The notes under the pieces are model-generated. The model did not search any database. It had not been told where the DNA came from and saw only the letters and a program-made list of their open reading frames with translations. A stretch of DNA of 63,698 nucleotides, filler included. It is 15 parts of 15 records of this genome, joined end to end, with 100 filler letters (N's around TTAATTAATTAA, not from the genome) between each part and the next. Parts side by side here need not be neighbours in the genome. Positions count along the whole stretch, not along the records: positions 8,420 to 12,623 come from SRR15195285_3123; positions 12,724 to 17,796 come from SRR15195285_3124; positions 17,897 to 21,362 come from SRR15195285_3125; 12 more parts are not named here. One strand, given 5' to 3'. The position numbers and the translations under genes are program-made. Each line of letters opens with the position of its first letter. The stretch's first letter is position 1. Positions 11,141 through 21,462 of this stretch are shown one piece after another.

Positions 11141-12475
11141 TCAAGGCAAGGAGCGATGATCAGCCCAGAGCATTCTCTGCTCGGTTGCCCGACGCTCGGC
11201 CTCGCCTTGCTGCAGCCGCAACATCAACAGCCCGACCTCCGAAGAGCACCGGACGCCACATGACAGCAAAGACGTGCGCAGTCGGCCAGCCTTCGTCTCC
11301 TCTCCACAGGAACCGGCCTCAGCGCCAGTGGCATCGGATGATTCTGAGCGTGGCGGTGAGCGTGGTTGAGGCACCCAACCTGTGGACGCCAGCTCGGTGA
11401 ATCCTGCAAACAGGGCCTCACCTAGTGCCTGCTCGGCGGCAGCAACCTCGCTTGTAGAAGCGTCCGCATTGCCACTGCCGCTGCCTGAGCCTGCGCCGAC
11501 CTCCGAGCGTGCGAGTGCGGCAGTTCGCAAAGCATCGTGAGGCACCAGCTTGTTGAGGGATCGTCGGTCAAAGCACTGAACCACTGCGGGCAATTCTTGC
11601 TGGTCGAGCTGGGCCGGGATTGCGACGGTCAGGCCCTTGAGATAGTCCTCCCATGTAAAGTCACCAAGGAGGCCCACAGTCAAGTGGACGGAACCAGCGT
11701 CGTCCTCTGTGGCTGGCGCGTGTGGCGTCCCACGGGGCAGATACAGCAGGTCGCCGGGCTCCATCGTGAGGTTTTCGCAGTCACCGTGAGCCAGCAGGGC
11801 AGTCACGTCGTACCGGTTGTACAGCGGGTGCCCTGGAGTGTCAGCGGAGCGGGTCGGAAGCGTGCGACCGGCACCGACAGGCTCGCACAGCAGCCATCGC
11901 TTCCTCCCGGAGGCTTGGATGATGATGCTGTCCATGTGGTCGTGGTGTGCGGTCAGACCTGTAGACGACGGCGGGGTGGCGTACATATTCACGTCGGCGT
12001 AGATTCCAAGGCCTTGTGTAGTAGCGAACGCTAGAGCTTCCAGCTCACGGTCCGCGCCCTGTGCACTGTTGACTACGACGGTGGCGCCCGCATCCAGTGC
12101 GAGCCGCGCTGTGGCCTCGTTGATAATTGGTGACGGTGGTTGCCAGGGCTCACCGTCGCGGTAGGTGAGCACGCTCGGGGCACTGCGAGTGTCTAGTCGC
12201 TTAAATACTCGCTCCTCCACAGACAGTAACGGTGCTACTTCTACTGCTGCGCGCAGGTGCAGGTACGTTGCTTCATGTGCGGACGCAAAGGCCGTGCTGC
12301 TGAGTATCTCGCCGATCGAGCCGCGTGTGGCTCGTTGACCTGGCGGGCGCGCGCCGAGCAGCAGCCCTCCAGCAGCAGTTAGTAGCGCTGCAACTGGCCA
12401 CCACGTTGCTCGCGCGGGGCGTTGCTGTGGCTGCTCCCGCTGCGGTAGCCTCCGCTCTCGTCGCGTAGACGCCAT
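11141..12475 (-). CDS. JmjC/cupin-4 (RIOX/RoxA-like) 2OG-Fe(II) oxygenase
   Basis: GATVVVN, NMYATPP..GLTAHHDHMDSIIIQASGRKRW, LTMEPGDLLYLPRGTPH, SVHLTVG (HxD...H triad); hydrophobic segment near the N-terminus. Confidence 0.88.
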   Translation of the reverse strand: MASTRRERRLPQREQPQQRPARATWWPVAALLTAAGGLLLGARPPGQRATRGSIGEILSSTAFASAHEATYLHLRAAVEVAPLLSVEERVFKRLDTRSAPSVLTYRDGEPWQPPSPIINEATARLALDAGATVVVNSAQGADRELEALAFATTQGLGIYADVNMYATPPSSTGLTAHHDHMDSIIIQASGRKRWLLCEPVGAGRTLPTRSADTPGHPLYNRYDVTALLAHGDCENLTMEPGDLLYLPRGTPHAPATEDDAGSVHLTVGLLGDFTWEDYLKGLTVAIPAQLDQQELPAVVQCFDRRSLNKLVPHDALRTAALARSEVGAGSGSGSGNADASTSEVAAAEQALGEALFAGFTELASTGWVPQPRSPPRSESSDATGAEAGSCGEETKAGRLRTSLLSCGVRCSSEVGLLMLRLQQGEAERRATEQRMLWADHRSLP

Positions 12476-12843
12476 CCTCACACGCAGGCTCGCTCGCCGG
12501 GGGATCTGCGCGCGTGCATGCCGCGCGCGGCCCGGCGCGCGCGCCCCTGTTAGATCTAAAACACCAATGACTGAGGGTAATACCATGCAAGCACCGCAAA
12601 TGCGCGCGGGATGGCGGGGTAGCNNNNNNNNNNNNNNNNNNNNNNNNNNNNNNNNNNNNNNNNNNNNTTAATTAATTAANNNNNNNNNNNNNNNNNNNNN
12701 NNNNNNNNNNNNNNNNNNNNNNNTCCCTTACTCACCTGGGCACTGCAGTCTGACTGATCGCCGCGTCTGGCGCATACGCGCACGTTTTGAAGACTCTCGC
12801 GCCAGTGCGCGCCCGCCGCTACTAGTAGTAATGCAGCAGCATA

Positions 12844-14688
12844 ATGTCTGCATTGGTGCTGTCGCTGTTGCTGGCATACAATGCGTACGGGTACGCGCAT
12901 GTGACTCAGCCAAACATGCCGAGAATGGGATCGCGAACCCCAGGCGGCTGGCTCCAGGCTGTCGGGCAAACCGCTCTCAACGGCGCACTGAACGGGCGTC
13001 CAGCAGGCAGCAGCTGCTGCGGGGAGCAATTCTTGGGAACGGTGTCGAGCGCAGAGGCTTGCCAAGCTTTGTGCATGTCGATGCCCCAGAGCAACAGTAC
13101 ATGCACAGCTTTCACTTGGCACGGCCCTGATCAAGGAGACTGGTCGCACATGTGCTATGCTCGCGTCGACGGAGAATGGCAGCCCCAGAACGCCAGCGGA
13201 CACAGCAGCGCCAGGTATGTCGGCGCTGGAGGTGGAATGTGTACCGTTGACGACGACTGTTGGGGCGCTGGGATCTGTAGAGAGCGCTGCATTTGTGACC
13301 CAGGATTCCGTGGCTTGCGGTGCCAGGAGCTCGATGTCTTGCCGGCAAGCACAGAAGCTGCGTACGAAAGTCCTACAGCTGCCACCTGGGGTGCATCGGT
13401 CCTACCGAGCGGTGACAACGAGAGCTTTCACATGTGGGTGAGCGAAATGGCGGGAGGGTGTGGACTCAACTCATGGGAACCGAAATCTCAGGTGTGCCTA
13501 CTAATCCATAATTGTACTAGGGCCGGTTGGCACACCAAGTCCTAAGTCGCCGTCTGTGCGTTTTGGACGGCAGGTAGTGCATGCTACATCTTCAACGCCT
13601 ACCGGCCCTTTTAAGCGGCAGCGGGTGGTGCATCCTCCCTTTCATCACAACCCCACAGTAGTCCAAGATCCGACTTCAAAGGAGCTGCTTATGTTTCTGA
13701 TCGGTCACACCTTTCCTCCAAATGGTTCACTTGGTTGGACACCGTACGAGGCACCAGTGTTCATGTCCACGGCCAAAGGTCACGGTGGACCGTGGACGAA
13801 ACCACAAGTAGCAATTGCCTCGGGTCCGAACGGTACCTGGGATTCAGACACTACTAATCCAGCAGCAGCCTTCATGTCCAACGGCACCCTAGCAGTGCTT
13901 TACCGAGGTGAGCCTAGGTGGGGGCCTGTGCCAGGTTACGGTACCCAAGAAGAGACCGGATTAGCGACAGCGATCGACTGGCGAAGGCTACCATACCAAC
14001 GGGCGCACAATGGCCAGCCGTTGGATATCAGTGCGCAGCTGCAGAACCACAGCCTTGAGGTATTGACACCATCATTGCCTCTTTGTGCACACCGACTTGC
14101 GCTCTTGATCGCAAATGCTGTGCGTTGTGCCATGGTGATGCAGGATCCTCATTTGTGGCAGAATCCACGGGGTGTCTGGCAACTTCTGGGCCACTTTTGG
14201 GGGAAGGTCAAGGTTGCTCGCTACGCATTTTCACACGACTTGATCAAGTGGCAAGTCAGTCCAGTGGCGCCTTACACGATCCGCTCAGAAAGAGAAGATG
14301 GTTCTGTTGTACGTCCGATAGAGCTGCAGTGCTCCACTCAGATTGCTCGCATGCTTTCTACCTCACGCAACATAATTATACCGCCTTACAAGCAAAATAG
14401 GTGGAACAGATTGAAGCGCACGATGTAGTTAAAGCTGTGGCACTCGCTCAACGCCCGACAGCTGACAGTGCAAGTGTCTCTGTTCAGGTTGAATATTGCC
14501 GGAGAGAGCGACCACAGTTGCTCCTCGGAGAGGACGGCCACCCGACGCACTTGTACAATGGAGCGCTTCTGCGAGGAAATCAACCCTTCAAGCCAGCAGT
14601 CAACTGCCCTGGAGCCGCGGACGACGGCAATTGCGGCAGCCAAAAGAGCATCACCATTGTGCACCCGTTGGGCCGAGGCAGCCATTGA
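12844..14688 (+). CDS. Secreted PAN/Apple-like + EGF-like + GH43-clan-like beta-propeller protein (exons 12844-13491, 13574-14059, 14144-14308, 14488-14688)
   Basis: Signal peptide; SAEACQALC..CTAFTW..CY (PAN); CICDPGFRGLRC (EGF); TWG, HNPTV, TNPAA, EDPHLW and RRERPQL motifs restored by GT-AG splicing. Confidence 0.75.
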
Positions 14689-15136
14689 ACCGATTGGGCG
14701 TGTGCTGACAATACTCACGTTTTGGTTTTACCATTCTATTACACCGGGCATAAAGCTTTGCTAGTGTGCCCGGGGTTGATAGAGGGCATACGGCCCCCGT
14801 CCACTGCCGCCATGGCCGCCGCAAACGGCACCCATGGCGACTAAGGCGCCTCAGCCAGCGATCCCGCTGCTGAGGTCGCATGGCATCTAACCACCTCGTA
14901 CAGAGAGACGCGCCGGTCGTGGTGTACGCAGAGTAGATCTCAATCCAAGCTATCGCTGGGATCACTGTTGATGACTTGATGTGCACGGCGAGCCGGACGA
15001 TACACGTCCCAAAAAATTATCGCGAGCTCCGATTATACATTTCTAAAATGTTCTTCATTCTTATAGTATGTAATTTATTGACTTTTCCAGCACCCCTCAT
15101 TGTAGTGAGCTGCTTCGAAGTCATCGTCACAAATAA

Positions 15137-17722
15137 CTAGAGTAGCTTTTTCTTAAACCAATCAACCCAGCGCCGCTCTCGATCGCGCTGGCTGTGACAA
15201 GCAGCGCAACAAGAAAAGAAGGTGGTGATCACGCAAATTAAATAAGGGGGAGAATCAGCAAGTCTAAGAGGTACGATAACAATCCCAGCCCGATATAGGC
15301 GTAAGAAATCAACAAAGCTCACTGGTACGGATCCGTCGGATTGTGGCCGTCGAGATGTGTGGCCACAAATTCTGCCTCGACGCCGAAATCACGCAACGCT
15401 CGATACCACTTGTAGCTCTCCGTGATAGGCACACGCAGATCCCGCGTGTTGCTCAGGATAAGCGTGGGAGTTTTGACCGCTGCCACCTATGTGTGGGCGT
15501 CAAATTAGCAAGATAAGCAGATACCTGTCTACTGAGTCTCCTTTTTTCGTCTATTGTGTTCTCACATACCTGGGACATAGGCGACTGTTGTGTCCAGAGT
15601 TCACGGCCTTCGGGTGTCCAAGGGGCTGTCCGTTTATCCGTTGTGTGTGGCACACTCGCATATATCGGCTGCCCATTGAGAGCAATCGCATAATTCATAT
15701 CAGAAAAGGCATAAGATTCAATGTAATCTGTCACTGCTGCACCAGCCAGGGCGGCCTTCCAAGTGTCAGGGTAGTGGCCAGTAAGCCAAGTCGTCATGTA
15801 TCCACCATCTGCCACGCAAGCGACCGCATGTCCAATTGATTTCTCAACAAGCTACCTATATTTGCTGCTTTCAACTTGAACGACACTTACAGCTCCATCC
15901 ACTCACTCCGATCCGGGTCTTGTCAATGAACCCCTTAGAAACCATCATCTGTTGACGATCACAACTTGTGCATAAAAATGGGGCAGGCCGCCAAATGCAA
16001 TGCGTGTCTGACCTGACCACACACACACAAAGAAACACATACCTCTACACCAGCCATAACATCCTTACTGGGTCCGTCGCCAGCATCACCAATCACACCG
16101 CGCTGGAATGCACCACCTAGATTGTCACTGCCTCTATAATTCGGATTGAACACCACGAAACCCGCAGCAGCTAGGCACTCTACAAAAGCATCATCCAAGC
16201 CACGGTGCAGCATTGAACACATTACATGCACAGACAAAACCATTGACACCATGGCTGGCCCACTTTCTCAGAAAATGTTCAAACAAGTGGTTATCTGCTG
16301 ATTGCCTGCCTACTACGTACGGTTGCGAACTGTAAAGCCTTCCAATGAAGCTGACATCGGTCCACCATGAATCACAAGCACCATTGGATATCCGTCGGTT
16401 CTACTGCTGTCGAAATCTGGAGGATACGTCACAACTCCATTGGCTGTGAGGCCGCCAGTTGACGGCCAGCTGATAGTCTCTACCTTTCCGAGCTTCAGTC
16501 GAGTCGCCGAGAAGTCGTTAACGTGTGTTAACTGCATCGGATGCCCCTGATTATCATTTGGAGTGGTGATATACAGCTCCGCTGGTCGGTCAGCCGTCTT
16601 GCCGACAAAGGCAACGCTGCCATCAGCCGTTGGCACGACACTGGAAGGCGATACCCCGCCAAGCGCTACTTTCTCCGGCACTGATGCATTTATGGGCTGC
16701 TGCCAGAGCGACACAACGTTCACATCGTCCCCCGTGAGCAAAAGTGCGCTGCCGTCCAGCGTCCAAACTGGCGTGCCGACGCTCCGATCAATCGATCTGC
16801 TCACACAAATCTCACCACCATCTGGTACCAGTGGCCGTACGTAGGCCGCTGCTGGCACATACTGCCCCTCCGTATCCAGCGCAGCCTGAGTGTACGCAAC
16901 TGATTTTCCATCTGGCGAGATAGCAGGAGTGCCGTAAGTCCCTGGCCCCGCAGCTAGTGTCCATCCCTCGCTTCGCTCGCGTCCATTTTTTGATGATATG
17001 GCCACGACCTCGAGAGAGCGCCGGTTGACGCAGCTCAGCGACGGGTTCTCTTGCGCGGGATACACTATCGCCGAACCGTCGGTAGACCAGGCAAAACCCA
17101 AGCCTTTAGCAAGGCCCTTCTTGCCACTGGTCAAACGCCTAGTGTCTCCTCCGTCGGTTGACACAAGCCACAGGTGATGTGGCAGCGACTCTCCGTCACT
17201 CAGGAAATGGTCGTCACCGACGTGGAACGTTAGGTCGTGCCTATCCTCACCCTCCTTCTCTGGTGGTTGGTCTGCAACGACTAGTGCTAGCTCTAGCCCG
17301 GTAGGGGACCATTCAAACATCAGGACGCCCCCCGATAGCGATGTCAGCTGGCGTGCGTCGCCACCATCTGTCTGCAGACAGAACACCTGCATAGTGCCAT
17401 CCGCGGACTTATCCAGGAAGGCAAGTGCGTCTCCCGATGGCGACCAACGTGGCGAGCTAACATGTGGACGATCGAAGGTGAATGGCTTGCTCGCCCCGCC
17501 TGCGACTGTCGTCAGCACAATCTGCTTGTCGTGGCGGTTCTCTTCGTAGTTCGGTGTCGCGACAATGTGTGCGATCCACTCTCCACACGGGGAGAGAGTC
17601 GGCGACTCGAGCGCGATCAGAGAGCCCATGTCGTCCGGTACCATCGGCCGCCGCTGATCATTGACTGAGAGACCGCCCGCGGGTAGACGGAGGTGCTTGC
17701 CTACCAGCTGTACCCGATGCAT
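15137..17722 (-). CDS. S9 (prolyl oligopeptidase/acylaminoacyl-peptidase-like) serine peptidase with N-terminal propeller, multi-exon
   Basis: PRWSPSG and FEWSPTG propeller repeats; YPMVLVIHGGP, PNYRGS; nucleophile GWSYGGY split by an intron; KTPTLIL..DLRVP; GHNP; ends WVDWFKKKLL*. Confidence 0.92.
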
Positions 17723-17896
17723 CGCGCTCGCTGCCAGCACCGACACGCGCGCGCGGACAGACGGACCAATGCGTGCCAGCGGTGTCGATGAGACTGNNNN
17801 NNNNNNNNNNNNNNNNNNNNNNNNNNNNNNNNNNNNNNNNTTAATTAATTAANNNNNNNNNNNNNNNNNNNNNNNNNNNNNNNNNNNNNNNNNNNN

Positions 17897-20177
17897 CGCT
17901 ACCGCCCTCTCATCTACACGCATGGCGTGCACAATAGCAGCAGCAGTGGTGGCAGCCGGGCCGAGGGCTCTGGGTCGGTCCTGACGACGGTCCAAATTGC
18001 CGTCAAGCTGGTCGCCACGATGCCACAGATTGATACGGATGAGTCGTACACACTCACCGTGCCGGAGGTGGGCGCCGCGTCCATCGACGCCAACACGACG
18101 GTCGGGGCGTACCGCGGCCTAGAGACGCTGTCGCAGATGGTGGGATACGATTTTGAGGACGGCAGTTACTTTATGCACGGCGTGCCACTGCTTGTTCACG
18201 ATTACCCTCGGTTTGCGTGGCGAGGTTTGATGATTGACACGAGCAGGCATTGGCTTCCCGTTGCTTCGATCCTCCGCACGTTGGACGCCATGAGCTATGC
18301 CAAGCTGTCGGTGCTTCACTGGCACATTGTGGACCGAGAAGCGTTTCCGCTTGTCCTCGATAGCGTCCCTAAGCTCGCGAAGGGCGCGTGGTCCGTTAGC
18401 GAGAAGTACAGCACGAGTGACGTCAAGCAGATCGTCGAGGCGGCACGGCTCCGAGGCATCCGTGTAGTGTGCGTTCACAACTCTCAACGTTGCGCGAGTC
18501 CATTCGAAGTTTATGCGCAGTAGGCGCATTGCTTCCATGCATCCTGCTGTTGCTCTGAATGTGCTGTCCCTTTGCAGGCCTGAGATCGACTTGCCGACAC
18601 ACACTGCATCGTGGTGCGTTGGCATGCCGGAGCTGTGCCCGCACCAGCCGGTCGTCTGGAATGCGAGCAACAAGGGCGGGCGTTTTGACTGTGGCGCGTG
18701 CTCGCCCTGCGAGCCACTGGATCCAACCAGTCCCGAAGTTTTCACTGTGCTCACGAAGGTCTTCACCGAGCTGGTATCGCTGTTTCCGGATGCCGTGTTT
18801 CACCAGGGAGCAGATGAGGTGCTCGACCCGGCTGAAAACAACTTTGCACACATCAAGTGCTGGCAGGCGAGTGACTGATGCCCACGCTACCACAACCTGT
18901 TGTTGTGCTGTGTGTGCCGCTCCTGCGCTCTGCCACCTTGGCTTCCGCACGACAGGTACTCGACCCTGCAGGTCATTTCTCACATACGGAATGTTGGCAG
19001 TCTTCTCCACGGATCCACGCCTGGCTGGAGAAAAACTTTCCTGGTAACGAAGAGCGGCACGGCGATAACGCGTACATTTGGTTCGTTGATCAGATCGCGA
19101 GCATCCTGCGAAATCTCGGGAAACGACCTATGCTGTGGGATGATGTGAGTGCAACGTCTGTCTGCCGGCTCCGTTCTCTTACCTGGATGCGTGAGATTCA
19201 CGTTTTTCTGTGCCTATGCATCCATCGCGTGTGTGCCGTCGTTGATAGCCGTACAGGTGGCCGAACAAGACGTTAGCGAGTTCGACGATTGTGCAAGCCT
19301 ACCGGGCCAAGGATGCCTGCGCTCTGGTAAGTGCGAATGAAAAACGATTGCGTGACACAGAGTGATTTGACCATCGCTTCCATTTGTGCCGCTGTTGCCA
19401 CAGGCTGCAGATCAGGGGCACGGAGTTGTCGTTTCACCAATGGGCGTATATTGTGAGCTATTCGAATATGATCCTAGACGACGTCAATTTGTTGCAAAAC
19501 GCGCGCTGTGCACGACCACTGACAGAGGTCGGCTCGACGGCAGACCTACGGGGTGAGCAAGCCACGTGGCAGCGAGTGTACGACTGGGAGCCCATCGATT
19601 ACTGCCAGGCGGAAGGAAACGCGACCCGGCAGGCGCTAATCCTCGGCGGTGAGGCGGCGATGTGGTAGGATCGGCACCTACGAGGCCTTGCTTGCCTGTT
19701 GCCGTGGTTGTTGCTGTGGTGGCAGCCAACCGCCTCTCGGAAGTGGTGTTGACCAGCCGTTGCATTGCAACACTTGGGTGACGCGCAGGGGTGAGATGCT
19801 TGATGCATCGGACATGGACAGAGCGATATGGCCACGCGCGGTGCGCCCCAAGTTGCCTGCGACGTGTCATTGCCACAATTCTGCTCCTGATACACGAGTA
19901 TCTGCTGACTTCGCAGGCTGCAATCGGTGAACGGCTTTGGACTCCGCTTGAGCGACTCGACAATGTGAGCGCCCAAGCCCGACTTGGAAACTTTCGATGC
20001 CTGCTCAACACGCGTGGTATAGGGGCGTCTGAGATGGGGCAGGAGGTGCACGCAACGGACAAGCAGACGGGGGCTCAAACAACCACGCCTGCCGCGTTCT
20101 CGGGACTGCCGCCGGGGCCTAGCTCGTGCCTGCAAGGGGCTACCAACCGCACTTCGCCCGCAATGAAGTCGTTCTAA
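17897..20177 (+). CDS. Beta-N-acetylhexosaminidase GH20, 5' partial, multi-exon
   Basis: DESYTL, GLETLSQ, DYPRFAWRGLMIDTSRH, LHWHIVD, RGIRVVPEIDLPTH (spliced 18469-18577), FHQGADEV, LWDD, ILGGEAAMWGE, IWPRAAAIGERLW. Confidence 0.93.
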
Positions 20178-20639
20178 CATCTACCGTTAGCCTTTGGAGC
20201 ACCTGCAATGTGAACGATCGCAAACGAACTTTGAACAGAATATTCTAATATGAGAATGCAAGCATGGCAAGTTCTATGCCGCTGGCAACTGTTCAAAATC
20301 TGTACAGCTGTACCGGTAAATTTTACTGAGAACCCAGATCGGCCCGGATTCATGGCCAAGCCGGAGCCTGCTGAACTAGATCTAAGCCTGCTGTACCATA
20401 TGGATATGCATGTGTTAACACATGCATTATTCTTCATAGATTATCGATTACAAATGCCAGGTACACGCCTCCGTCCGCGCGCCACGCGCGCCGGACTCGC
20501 CTCGGCCCGGGACGACGTGCCACGCCGGCGCCCCATAGCAGCAGCTGCACTGAGGTGCACACGCTGCTGAGACCTAGATTCTGAATCTGGCCGGGAACTC
20601 GGTGCCGGTGGTTTGCACTTCAAGTGAGCATTTCTCACC

Positions 20640-21362
20640 ATGCTGGGTTCCGAGCCCTGCTCATCGTTCCAAGCAGCAGCAGGCCTGCTGCTGTTGACAG
20701 GCATGCAGTGCTTGATCGCCACTGGCGCCGGTCGGTCGCTCCAGCATCATGGCGTTGCTGCCAAGCTGGCTGCCGATGACTCCGATCGGGCTGGCGAACG
20801 CTCTGCCGCTCAGCATAGACTACAGCAATGGCGGAATGTGCTGGACGCACGGAACACGTGGTTCTTCGACCTTGGGTCGAACGCTGGGTGGAAGTTGCAG
20901 GAGACTGCCGGGCAGAGGCACGCATTTGTCGGGCCGGCGCCAGACTGGGCGTTAGGCAGTCGCGCCGTCCCTACTCTGGAATTTGATGTTGTAGCTCAGT
21001 CGGCGAGCGTACGTGACGAGCTGCCGCGTCCTGCCGGTGGAAACTTTGCGGCGGTTCCATGCAAGGCCGGCAGCGCCTCACAGATGTGGACGCTCAGCTC
21101 CGGTGTCAAGCCTGGCGATTCGAAACCCACAATCGTGAAGCTCGGAGCTGCTGCCAGCAAGGGAGGCTGCTGGGAGATCGAAGCATGCGCGACAGGCGAG
21201 GGCGCAGCTGTGAATTGCAACTGGGGCTGCAAACAATTGCCAAAGTCAGGGTGTGCTAGCATGTGTGACTGCAACGGGGCGTGGTCTCTGAATGCAAATG
21301 GCACGATCACGTCAGTAATGGACGGCAAGTGCCTGCAGGTGAGCAACGGTCCGGGGTCAGTA
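20640..21362 (+). CDS. Probably secreted protein with ricin B-type lectin domain, 3' partial
   Basis: Hydrophobic N-terminus; PC..SASQMW, CWEI, NGAWSLNANGTITSVMDGKCL (ricin QxW-type pattern); runs into the spacer. Confidence 0.65.
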
Positions 21363-21462
21363 NNNNNNNNNNNNNNNNNNNNNNNNNNNNNNNNNNNNNN
21401 NNNNNNTTAATTAATTAANNNNNNNNNNNNNNNNNNNNNNNNNNNNNNNNNNNNNNNNNNNN

